DNA from: Macrostomum hystrix
Taxonomy: Eukaryota; Animalia; Platyhelminthes
Direction of reading: 5' to 3'
Length of the DNA: 64,000 nt
Assembly: GCA_950097015.1 (NCBI GenBank)
Contig: CATNEN010000008.1
Span: 3,906,001-3,970,000, forward strand
Part shown: one piece after another, positions 31,716 to 43,735 of the stretch
Numbering within the stretch: position 1 is the stretch's first letter
Layout of the letters: each line of letters begins with the position of its first letter
Notes under the pieces: model-generated
What the model saw: the letters and a program-made list of their open reading frames with translations, nothing else
What the model was told of the DNA's origin: nothing
Database searches by the model: none
Translations under genes and position numbers: made by a program

Positions 31716-32551
31716 AGGCTGCTTAAAACCAAGGACGACTGAAGTAGTGTCGTTTATAAGTTTCGTTTATCTTATTAAGTAATCCTTAATGCTCAAAACA
31801 TGATCAAGGGACAATGTCTTCAGTTGTCCCGTCTGGGGTCCAGGAATATTATCAGCTAGTACATTATTTGCCTTAAATCTAACTGTTTTAGAAAACATCG
31901 CAAGCTCGTAGATGTGATTTGCGATAAAAAGTTTTCCCCAACATTTGGGATAAAATGTATAAAGTCGATATCTACAACTAGTGCTGTGGAGAGATCTGAC
32001 TGACAGCCTAGAGACTCCCTTTTAGGGCTAATGCATGAATAAACATAAACAAACAATTTTGTTATGAACCCACATTTTTAGAACATAAAGCTTGTTATTG
32101 CTCACAACTTTAGTAACCTTTCTACGTAGTAACAAAGTGACGTGCTTTCCATAGTTTTTTTCACAGTCTATATTTATGTTTCTGTTTCGTTTTGAGTCAT
32201 TTAATCGCTTCCGATATTGGTTGACGGCTTTCGTAAACAGTTGCTATGCCAGTTGCCGGCACAGGCGAGGAAATATCGCTCGGAATTCGACAAAAATAAT
32301 TGGCTTGCGCGTCATTCTAAATACTGTCCTAGCAACAATTTTCATCTCACGACACATTGAGCTGCGCGGGACGTCAAAAGATTTTTTGTTTAAATCTTCA
32401 AAAATTATTTCGTCGCATCGATCAACCATATTTTAAGAGAATCCATATTCGGGTCTAAGTGTATATATGAGCCTGCACTGATACAAAAAATTGGCCGATA
32501 ACTGTTTTGATCCCGACCTTGCCAGATTTGCCAAGCCGAAGTAAAATAACA

Positions 32552-33021
32552 ATGATGCAACAAGCTGCTCTGATTGCTACCTGTCTCTGTAGCTTTGCCG
32601 TCCTGCTGCAGGTGAGTGGGCCTTTATTTGTTTAAATTAACCTAAACTTTGGACTTTCAAATAAAACAACTGTGCTCACCTGCAGCAGGCCCAGGGCAGA
32701 CGGCCGGAGCACGTCACAGCCAAGATTGAGTCCCACCTTGAGAACCGGCTCAAGCCCTGCTTCTATTACGGTCGCAATTGTCCGCCTGGCCTTGGCAACT
32801 ATGAGTCTATGGAGCACGACCTGCCAATCATGCAGGCTGGCCTCATAGCTTCTGGCATCCCAATGCCCTCCAGGTGCAACTGCGACCATTCGAGCGAGCG
32901 CTGCGTCCGACAGTGCTACTACTCTGTGACCAAGGCGATGGTGATGAAGTCCGCGGTGCCAGAAGAAGAAGACGACGGTGAGGGCGAGGGAGAAGACGAG
33001 AATGAGGACACTCGGCGATGA
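32552..33021 (+). CDS. Small secreted protein (about 131 aa) with six cysteines in the mature region and an acidic tail
   Basis: Exon 1 32552-32611 (MMQQAALIATCLCSFAVLLQ, donor gtgagt); phase-0 intron; exon 2 starts at 32686 or 32689 (NAGNAG acceptor): QAQG-RRPEHVTAKIESHLENRLKPCFYYGRNC...RCNCDHSSERCVRQCYYSV...PEEEDDGEGEGEDENEDTRR*. TATA-like TATATAT at 32462. Confidence 0.75.
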
Positions 33022-33191
33022 TGATTGCCTGAGAAAATGGCAATGAACTATTCAGCAAGACTGTCCCTGCGTAATGTCCAGTATTAATTAATTTTTAAGA
33101 CAGTGTTTCGCGAAAAACTTAAGAATCCCTCGGAATTGTTCAGCAAACAGTGAAACAGGAATATACGCAATGTTCGATGACAATATTTAAT

Positions 33192-33535
33192 GGGGTTGTA
33201 GCCTAGTATTTCCAAATTCACAACCATGGACTACTTTACTTTATATTAAATTTATATATACGACAACCCCGTGCTAACCATTTGAATGTCGGTCGGAGGT
33301 TCGACTCCCGACTCTACTTGAACGATTTGTGTCTTTTAGCAAGACGCTCAACTCATGATCGCTTCAGTTTAACCAGCTGCTAAATGGTGGTTAAACAGCA
33401 TTAGCTGGGTATTTGAGGGTGGTTGCGGCGTCTTCCAAGTCCATGGACTGGACAGAAGTTCTCAGCCTTCAGATGCGCCGTGCAATTGCTGCGGCTGTGC
33501 TGTCGGCTACACATAATTAGGCCAGGCAGGTGTAA
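33192..33535 (+). mobile_element. SINE family A copy with an interrupted head
   Basis: GGGGTTGTAGCCTAGT head, about 60 nt of inserted sequence, GGTTCGACTCC B box, then the family A body. Confidence 0.7.
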
Positions 33536-34087
33536 AAGTTATTTTTCGACAGACATACGAACTAGAACCAGATAGCATTCAATTGTTAAATTTCTCTGAA
33601 ACCCTGCCTTTCACAGAAAACATCAGCGTACACTGTCTAAGAATCTATGATTGCTTAAGGCAGACATGAATCATGTTTGCCATTTTAAGTTGTAGAACTA
33701 TTCCTAAGTACGAGTAGTATGTAGAGACTTGAGTGACATTTTCGTTGAAACGGAAGCATTTTTGCTTACATTTGACTCCCGTTGCAACTTAAATGGGATG
33801 GCCTCGTGCTGTAAAAAAGCAACGATTAACTCGATCCCAAACTAAAAGTTTCCCAGGCGCTTTAAATGATAATTAGCCATGCCCTTGAAGCCCCAAAGTA
33901 GAGTTCGTCGTTTCGAAAGCTATTTTAAAATAAGTGACCACAAATACTGCAGTTTGCGGAAGCAGTTCTCGAATAATTATAAAAACACAATCAATAATTG
34001 CACCTCAAGAGATAGACTTTGAAGCTAATGGCCCGAGAGCGTGCGGCAGAGTTGTCAGCAATCCGGATTGAACCGGTTCTGGATTGA

Positions 34088-34123
<36 letters not shown>

Positions 34124-34258
34124 GTCGGGAAACGCGTTATATATCTATCGAGCGATCGCCGTAGGTGCATGACGCATTCCTTTATTACGCATCTCATCTG
34201 CTGATTAGTGCGCTAACTTGTGTTTCTATGTGTATTGGTTTATCTAAATGTACCCATG

Positions 34259-34572
34259 AGGTTGTAGCCTAGTGCTTAGAGTGTCGTACTCACGACTTGA
34301 ACGTCGGAGTTTCGATTCGTGACTCCACTATAACAAATTGTGTCCTTTAGTAAGTCACCTTTCTCTGCATTGGTTCAGTTCACCCAGCTGCTGAATGGGT
34401 ACCAGCATTAGGTGGTGTAATTGAGGGTGGTTTTGGCGTCCCCCCAGTCCATGGACTGAACAGAAGTTCTCAGCCTTCAGATGCGCCGCGCAATAGCTGC
34501 GGCTATGCTGTCGGCTGCACATCTGGCCCAATTGGGGCAGGTGTAATAAATTGTTATTAATTATTAATTATT
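34259..34572 (+). mobile_element. SINE family A copy
   Basis: GGTTGTAGCCTAGTGCTTAG head, family A body, CAGGTGTAAT end followed by an AT-rich tail. Confidence 0.8.
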
Positions 34573-35440
34573 GCCCCATAGTATAAGTACAGAACAATGT
34601 TTCGACGGGACAAAAACGCGCAGTGGACAACAGCGTTGAATTATCAGCGCTAGTCAAAGCTTCATTGAGCATCGTTCCGGTGACAAGTATCTCACTTCGA
34701 AGATGACTTTCATACCATTCGATAAAACAAACAAATTCCTCTTCTTATAAGCCAGAAGAGTTTAAGCATTATCTTTCTGGATGTCCAATATTGTTAAAAT
34801 CCAATAATGGTTCGTTTAAATAGTTTTACGGATGATATAACTGAGAAATCAATCACTATTTAAAGAATCACAAAATTGAATGGTATTTTGAGAAGAATCA
34901 ATAAAAACGACAAATAAATTTGTCTTTCGAAAGAACATCCTTTAGCTTAAGCTTAGCTGTTATTTATTGATGAAAGAAAGTTAAATTAATGTATGATGAT
35001 GCACTAAATTTATTAGCAATTAGCTTTGCCAGTTAATAACAGTTCGATTGAGCTAGCTGTTACTGGATCAACATGCCCACACAGTACTAATTGCTCTATT
35101 CAAACAGGAAAAAACTTTTTTTATTCGAAGCAAACCGCCGGATGATGTTCCCTGCAGTTGACGCCGGCGAGTGAAAAATAATTTTCCGACAATCGACGGC
35201 GTCAGTAATTGGCGGCTTCACCACTGGATCCCCAGATCCGACCCTTCGACGATTGTCCTCAGTAACAAAAATAATTGAGGCAGAAAAGTTGAACTACGCG
35301 AGCTTGTTGAGCTGGTCTTAACTGGTCGCGGACTAATCTGTATAAATATATGCTACAGAGAGCAATTTTTTCTTCATCATTTTCAGGAATAGTCTTAGTC
35401 ATTTTTTATTCTAAAACAGACACTAGCAGCCCTCGCAACC

Positions 35441-36568
35441 ATGCGTACCGGAAGCATTGCCGTCGCTCTGCTGGTTCTCCTCTGCTCGTCTGTGCTGTTG
35501 GTGAGTTGACTAGTCGACTATGTGTTATTGCGGACTCGGGTGAGGATAATCGACTCAATAGTTTAACAGTCGGTTTGAGAGTTTGACGCTTTAGTCGTAG
35601 CAATTTTAAGAGTAAATCCGTTCTGTTCTGAAAAAAATATCGACGTCAACTCAAGGAATCCGTAGGAGGTAAATAAGGACGACTTAACTTCATGAATGAA
35701 AAAGATATATTTTTTCTTTTTGGTCACGTAGGTCGACGCAAGGAGCCTGCGCCTAAAGCGCGAGGACGACGAGGACAACAGATACGACGATAACGACAAC
35801 AATGACGAGGGCGACGACGAAGAGGGCAACGAGGATGAGGACGACAACAACGACGATGATGATGAAGAGGGCAACGAGGATGAAGATGACAACAACGACG
35901 ATGATGATGAAGAGGGCAACGAGGATGAGGATGACAACAACGACGATGATGATGAAGAGGGCAATGAGGACGAGGACGACAACAACGACGATGATGACGA
36001 AGAGGGCAACGAGGATGAGGATGACAACAACGACGATGATGATGAAGAGGGCAACGAGGATGAGGACGACAACAACGACGATGATGATGAAGAGGGCAAT
36101 GAGGACGAGGATGACAACAACGACGATGATGACGAAGAGGGCAACGAGGATGAGGATGACAACAACGACGATGATGACGAAGAGGGCAACGAGGATGAGG
36201 ATGACAACAACGACGATGATGACGAAGAGGGCAACGAGGATGAGGACGACAACAACGACGATGATGATGAAGAGGGCAATGAGGACGAGGACGACAACAA
36301 CGACGACGATGACGAAGAGGGCAATGAAGACGAGGATGACAACAACGACGATGATGATGAAGAGGGCAACGAAGATGAGGACGACAACAACGACGATGAT
36401 GACGAAGAGGGCAACGAGGATGAGGACGACAACAACGACGATGATGATGAAGAGGGCAATGAGGACGAGGACGACAACAACGACGATGATGATGAAGAGG
36501 GCAACGAGGGTGAGGATGACAACAACGACGAAGATGACAAGCGCCGTCGCAGGAAGCGTCACTTCTAA
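35441..36568 (+). CDS. Secreted polyanionic repeat protein (298 aa; 16 x EEGNEDEDDNNDDDD)
   Basis: Exon 1 35441-35500 (MRTGSIAVALLVLLCSSVLL, donor gtgagt); exon 2 35732-36568: VDARSLRLKR-EDDEDNRYDD...(45-bp unit x16)...KRRRRKRHF*. This frame is absent from the ORF track because its ATG lies in exon 1. TATAAATA at 35341. Confidence 0.85.
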
Positions 36569-38176
36569 GCTGGGGGAATGTTTAGAATGTCTGCTGATTT
36601 AGAAAAGACACTCCTTCCCATTTATGTGCTGAATTTACTATTGTGCCACTACTCTTAACGCGATACAAACAGTAGTATGAGAACGGCAGAAAATATCGAT
36701 CTCTGTTGATTCGCATCGCTGCTGCCTGTGGTTATTTAACACCGATCAAGAGGCTCGATGATAAAATAAATCAGCATGACGCTGTAGCTAGATCTAACTC
36801 GAGAATGCATCAAAATTTTAGTCTGTCTTCGTTTTTTTGCTTAAAAATTCAGCTGGAACAAATTTATTGAATTCACAAAAACTAGCTCATAGCTATAGCG
36901 TGATCATCATAATCAAGTGATCGCAGGCTGCATGAAAATCAATCAAAATACTACGAGCTATTTTAATGAAGCAAGTATCAGGAGTCGACTGTGTTGAATG
37001 GACGATGTACTATCAATGCGTGATAACGTATTTATTGTACATTTATTCGAACTTCAAGTCACACATGCGGTTAACGAGGGCTCTCAGGTTGATGTCGACA
37101 GTTGCATCGTTAGTTACCCTTGGAGTAGGGAAGAAATATTAATTCGTATTCCAAGAAAGTTAAAATATCCCTGACGCTCAATGGATAGAGAATTAAACAT
37201 TTTACTCTAATATCCGACAATATTTAGAATTTCATACTAAGTAAAAGGAACAGAAAAGTGCAGCGTCAAGTGTTGGGAACGGATCCCTTCGACAAATTTA
37301 TTCAGAGATCAGAAAAACATCATCAATCTCACTCAGTTTCATGACTTTGTGCCTCTGCTTAAGAGTTACAAGTCTGAATAAAACGGCTGTCAGAAAACTG
37401 AATTTAAATGCTAAAGCTCGAAAGAAAAACACTCATGAGGTGATACCGGCCCAACTATGTCTATACTCGTATGCATGCTTCTTACCTTTCGTATAAAGAG
37501 TTTTTGCTTTCACATAAACTTTCCACGCATTGGCTTACGTTTTTATTTATTCTTCTCAAAATACCATTCAATTTTGTGATTCTTTAAATAGTGATTGATT
37601 TCTCAGTTATATCATCCGTAAAACCATTTAAACGAACCGTTATTGGATTTTAACAATATTTGACCCAGGAAATTTCCCCTTTATCACCGCACTAATCGTT
37701 GCACCATGCCCTATTTATCAAATTTCGTTAGCAACGCTTGAACTACAAAACTTTTCTGGCGCCTCTAGCTCAGGAGAGCAGTCCTTATTCCAGTCTCCAG
37801 TTTTTATTGGAGACTGGAGACTGGAGACTGGGATCAGCTTGCTCAGTGCTGATCGGAACGGCGCGGCGAACGAGTGGAATCGTTTAAAAACTCGAGTAGG
37901 ACATTGCAGCCATTTTCAGTGCAGCTTCCGATCATCATCGTTTCACTGCGCCAAATTAATGAGGCTTTGTGAGCCCTCCCCATTCTGTAGATTGCAGCAA
38001 TATCCCATCGCGCCGGATTTCCACCATTCCGATAGAATTTTTAAACGACAAGACGACTATAATTGCTTTTAATGGTAGTGAAAATTTCGTATAAATTCGA
38101 AAACTTTTCAACGACTAGAAATGCGCCTTTTAATTTTCTTCTTTTCACTTGCGAAGCTAACAGGCTGGTATCAAAC

Positions 38177-40034
38177 ATGCGCCTCTTGCTGGTTGCAGTT
38201 GGAATCGTGCTTTGCATCTCGCTGATGCACACACAGGTAAGTCATCGTTTTTCTGTGCTATCTCAATCTGTCCAAAATAAAAAGCTTCATAGGAAAATAT
38301 TTATTAACGTTTCAGTCGGAAGGTAGAGCAATTAAGCGAGGATACGGTAGTATCTCCATGGAATTCGACAAAAAGGATGATGACTCCGGATATGAGGATG
38401 AAGATAACTCAGGCGACAACAACGATGAAGACGACATTTTTGACAGGAGGAAGAAGGAAGATGACGAGGACAATGAGGACGAGGAGAACGAGGATGATGA
38501 CGAGAACTACGACCGCAAGAAGAGGGAGGACGATGAGGAAGATGATGACGAGGAGAACGAGGATGATGACGAGAACTACGACCGCAAGAAGAGGGAGGAC
38601 GATGAGGAGGATGGTGATGACGAGGAGAACGAGGACGACGACGAGAACTACGACCGCAAGAAGAGGGAGGACGATGAGGAAGATGATGACGAGGAGAACG
38701 AGGATGATGACGAGAACTACGACCGCAAGAAGAGGGAGGACGATGAGGAGGATGGTGATGACGAGGAGAACGAGGACGACGACGAGAACTACGACCGCAA
38801 GAAGAGGGAGGACGATGAGGAGGATGGTGATGACGAGGAGAACGAGGACGACGACGAGAACTACGACCGCAAGAAGAGGGAGGACGATGAAGATGATGAG
38901 GACGAGGAGAACGAGGATGACGACGAGAACTACGACCGCAAAAAGAGGAGGGAGGACGATGAGGAAGATGATGATGAAGAGAACGAGGACGACGACGAGA
39001 ACTACGACCGCAAGAAGAGGCAGGATGATGAGGAAGATGATGACGAGGAGAACGAGGACGACGACGAGAACTACGACCGCAAGAAGAGGGAGGACGATGA
39101 AGATGATGATGACGAGGAGAACGAGGATGATGACGAGAACTACGACCGCAAGAAGAGGGAGGATGATGAGGAAGATGATGACGAGGAGAACGAGGACGAC
39201 GACGAGAACTACGACCGCAAGAAGAGGGAGGACGATGAAGATGATGAGGACGAGGAGAACGAGGATGACGACGAGAACTACGACCGCAAAAAGAGGAGGG
39301 AGGACGATGAGGAAGATGATGATGAGGAGAACGAGGACGACGACGAGAACTACGACCGCAAGAAGAGGGAGGACGATGAAGAGGATGATGACGAGGAGAA
39401 CGAGGACGACGACGAGAACTACGACCGCAAGAAGAGGGAGGATGATGAGGAAGATGATGACGAGGAGAACGAGGACGACGACGAGAACTACGACCGCAAG
39501 AAGAGGGAGGACGATGAAGAGGATGAGGACGAGGAGAACGAGGATGACGACGAGAACTACGACCGCAAGAAGAGGGAGGACGATGAAGAGGATGAGGACG
39601 AGGAGAACGAGGATGACGACGAGAACTACGACCGCAAGAAGAGGGAGGACGATGAGGAAGATGATGATGAAGAGAACGAGGACGACGACGAGAACTACGA
39701 CCGCAAGAAGAGGGAGGACGATGAAGATGATGAGGACGAGGAGAACGAGGACGACGACGAGAACTACGACCGCAAGAAGAGGGAGGATGATGAAGATGAT
39801 GATGACGAGGAGAACGAGGATGACGACGAGAACTACGACCGCAAGAAGAGGGAGGATGATGAGGAAGATGATGACGAGGAGAACGAGGACGACGACGAGA
39901 ACTACGACCGCAAGAAGAGGGAGGACGATGAAGAGGATGATGACGAGGAGAACGAGGATGATGACGAGAACTACGACCGCAAGAAGAGGGAGGACGATGA
40001 TGATGATGAGGATGCTGAAGAGAGAAGTCGCTAA
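38177..40034 (+). CDS. Secreted prohormone-like polyprotein (592 aa) with 22 acidic units each ending ENYD-RKKR
   Basis: Exon 1 38177-38236 (MRLLLVAVGIVLCISLMHTQ, donor gtaagt); exon 2 from 38316 (tttcag/TCG): SEG-RAIKR-GYGSISMEFDKK..., in frame with the 558-aa ORF 38358-40034. Codon variation among the repeats is largely synonymous or D/E-conservative. TATAAAT at 38090. Confidence 0.9.
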
Positions 40035-40854
40035 CTTGTCTACTAAAAAGGTAGACATGTTCTCTGCTGAGAGCACTCTAATGAACAAATCTGTTTAGTA
40101 GGTTGCGATTGAGAATGAACCTTTTGGCGGCTGGAAGCATGTTTTGAAAACATTTAATAAATTCATAATGCGGCTTTGCAATTTTTTCACAGTATTGTTT
40201 GCCTCTTAGCAACTTTAAGAAATATACTTAACACCTGAATTTCATCAAGCAGCAGTTTAACAAGTCTTGCAACATTATCTTTGGTTCATGGCTAGTTTCC
40301 ACTTATTTGCAATAGTTCAAGTGATTTTTTAAGACATCCAGTTGGTTTTTGTAGTCGCCACGAGCTTGTGGAGCGTTGGGGGCCAGTTCCAATTTAGTTT
40401 TACGGCCTCTGCACATGGCGTTGGAATGCAGCAAGCTGAGCTTGTTTGCTGCGCGAATGAAATGGGATTAGGCTATAGAATGCGCTACCAACTAAGGGGC
40501 CAGAAGCAGCGATTAAGTGAGTTTTACACTGAGGAGCAACAAACGATATGGTTGAGTAAAATACGGACGCACCCTGAGTTTGCGTATCTCCACTTGCGTC
40601 TGACAGCTATCCCGAATTGGGATGCAGTGCCGAGCGCAGTTTCATGGAAAGTGCCCCTCTGCTGCAATGATGCATCATCAACAGAACAAATTGCAGCGAA
40701 CTAATTCTGACTGTGTGGCAAAACGAAGAAGACAGATATGTTAGGGTTCTGATAACATGTTTGCAAAAATGCCGGCACTAGTTATTGATTTCCTATACGT
40801 ATCCTCAACGTATCCCCTAGTTAGTGATGCTACTCGGTACTAATTCATACAAGT

Positions 40855-41262
40855 AGATGCTGATTATATTGGTAGTCTTTGTTCACAGTCAAATCGCTGT
40901 AGTCCCTTCCTGTGAAGTATCTCCTGTGAGTATATTGGTAGTCTTTGTTCACAGTCAAATCGCTGTAGTCCCTTCCTGTGAAGTATCTCCTGTGAGTATA
41001 TTGGTAGTCTTTGTTCACAGTCAAATCGCAGTAGTCCCTTCCTGTGAAGTATCTCCTGTGAGTATATTGGTAGTCTTTGTTCACAGTCAAATCGCTGTAG
41101 TCCCTTCCTATGAAGTATCTCCTGTGAGTATATTGGTAGTCTCTGTTCACAGTCAAATCGCTGTAGTCCCTTCCTGTGAAGTATCTCCTGTGAGTATATT
41201 GGTAGTCTTTGTTCACAGTCAAATCGCTGTAGTCCCTTCCTATGAAGTATCTCCTGTGAGTT
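40855..41262. repeat. 66-bp minisatellite (about 6 copies)
   Basis: Unit atattggtagtctttgttcacagtcaaatcgctgtagtcccttcctgtgaagtatctcctgtgagt. Confidence 0.92.
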
Positions 41263-42174
41263 AAGTTAAAAGTTAAAAGTCGCAACTTAAGTTCATTGGA
41301 AATATCGAACCAAAACACCACAGTACCATACTAAACAAGTGACTGACTGAGCTAATGATGGCTTCGTGACCGCACTGGAATAGGAAGGTCGCAATCGGAA
41401 GAAGGCGAGCAAGTTGTGTTTCGCTTACTATAGTAAAGTTATTGGCTTCAAGCTCTGTGGAGCTGCTGCGGCTCGACCATGTAAGTCGCTGATCGATGAG
41501 GGGCAGTGTGGGGCGAGGATGATGTTACAAACTGCCTCTGGGGCTATTTTCCGCGCCTTGGTTATAATCGACATGTTGAATCATGATACCTCATTCGCTG
41601 CACGCTGCGGCTCAGCCTCCGTTGCTCCGAAACTCCTAACTCCCCATCCTGTCTTCCTCTCTCTTCGGCTGTCCAAGATCCCACCGGGGTATGCTAAAAG
41701 TACATTCATTACACGGCCACTAAACTACCTTTAGAAATTGTCACTGAACAGTTTAGCAACTGACTGGAAGATGCCAAGAAGGCCAAATGGAAGCAGCTTT
41801 AAGCTGAAGAAATCTGAATATTTTATAATTGAGCTTTTCAACATTATTGGCCAGGCTAAGCGGCAATGCTCTGGTAGGATTCTGAAACACTCCGCGGAGA
41901 GGAGAGACGCAGTGAGGGAATTTGAGGAATATAGAGGAAGGAAGAAGGCAGTGAGGGAATTTGAAAGGGAGGGCCTAATAAACTGGGATTGGTTGAGACA
42001 TTGTGTGCAGGTTGTTGCTTGCCAGTCAAAGTCTCGGCTTTCGGTCGGCCTGTTCCAATAAAAAGGCGAAAGGGAGGGAGGGGAGTGGAAGGGAGTGACG
42101 GGTCGGAGAGACTGCGAGGCGAATCCACTGCCACCTGGTATCTGGGTAAGTCATCGATTGGGCTTCCAGCTGTT

Positions 42175-42243
42175 TAAGTAAGCAAGTAAGCAAGTATGTA
42201 AGCAAGTAAGTAAGTATGTAAGTAAGTAAGTAAGTAAGTAAGC

Positions 42244-42298
<55 letters not shown>

Positions 42299-42355
42299 CA
42301 AGTAAGTAAGCAAGTAAGTAAGCAAGTAAGTAAGTAAGTAAGTAAGCAAGCAAGC

Positions 42356-42410
<55 letters not shown>

Positions 42411-42467
42411 CAAGCAAGTAAGTAAGTAAGTAAGTAAGTAAGCAAGTAAGTAAGTAAGTAAGTAAGC

Positions 42468-42498
<31 letters not shown>

Positions 42499-42507
42499 CA
42501 AGTAAGC

Positions 42508-42574
<67 letters not shown>

Positions 42575-42575
42575 C

Positions 42576-42665
<90 letters not shown>
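42175..42665. repeat. (TAAG)n/(CAAG) microsatellite
   Basis: Direct reading. Confidence 0.97.
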
Positions 42666-42668
<3 letters not shown>

Positions 42669-43184
42669 AGGGTAAATAGCTGTTAGAACTCCGGAAGTGA
42701 CATTACGACACCCTGCATGGCTTTCACCCAGACCCCATCATCCAAAAGGCCGCTGACAGGAATTGAAATTTGACTAAAGCAAGAGTAAAAAAAGTTCATA
42801 GTAAGTTCCAGCCAGTTTGCCATTCTGCATTGAGGATTTTTAGCCATGGGAATTTTCCATCGTCATCGCTGCATGCGAAGCTCTGGGATTAATAGCTCTT
42901 TTCCTGCAGTTAATGATGTGCTCTTCCCTAATCCCACACGATTATCCACTCGCACGGTTGCCTCAGCACGTGTGTCGCCATAATTTCTCCCATTCCACTA
43001 CCAAATCCTCACCAAGCTTTTTGGTCCATTTCATGAGATTTCAATGCTGCACAGACAGCTGGCAAGAATTGCAGAAGTACCTCAACTCCTCAGCGGATGC
43101 CACTTTTTGCACTAAACATTTCAAATCCCACTCCTCAGTCTACCCGTCGCTTTTTCTCCTCTCTCTTTTCTACTCTCCTTCCTC

Positions 43185-43735
43185 TCCTTCCCTTCCTCAT
43201 CTACCTCACTCTCCCTGATCCCCCTCCTTCCTCTCCTTCCCTTCCTCATCTACCTCACTCTCCCTGATCCCCCTCCTTCCTCTCCTTCCCTTCCTCATCT
43301 ACCTCACTCTCCCTGATCCCCCTCCTTCCTCTCCTCCTCTTCCTCATCTACCTCACTCTCCCTGATCCCCCTCCTTCCTCTCCTTCCCTTCCTCATCTAC
43401 CTCACTCTCCCTGATCCCCCCTCCCTCCTCTCCTCCCCTTCCTCATCTACCTCACTCTCCCTGATCCCCCTCCTTCCTCTCCTCGCCTTCCTCATCTACC
43501 TCACTCTCCCTGATCCCCCCTCCCTCCTCTCCTCCCCTTCCTCATCTACCTCACTCTCCCTGATCCCCCTCCTTCCTCTCCTCGCCTTCCTCATCTACCT
43601 CACTCTCCCTGATCCCCCCTCCCTCCTCTCCTCCCCTTCCTCATCTACCTCATTCTCCCTGATCCCCCCTCCTTCCTCTCCTCCCCTTCCTCATCTACCT
43701 CATTCTCCCTGATCCCCTCTCCCCCTCCTTCCCTT
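43185..43735. repeat. About 49-bp pyrimidine-rich minisatellite
   Basis: Unit ctccctgatccccctccttcctctccttcccttcctcatctacctcact. Confidence 0.92.

Noticed and set aside
35563-36602. Poly-Ser, hydrophobic V/I/L and T/M-rich ORFs over the second acidic gene, and the equivalent frames at 38377-40098
   Set aside because: Shadow frames of the D/E-rich coding strand; only the acidic frame joins a signal-peptide exon and shows synonymous third-position variation.
37792-37822. Perfect 10-bp hairpin CCAGTCTCCA/TGGAGACTGG upstream of the third acidic gene
   Set aside because: Explained by a short (GGAGACT)n repeat; too small to support a functional claim.
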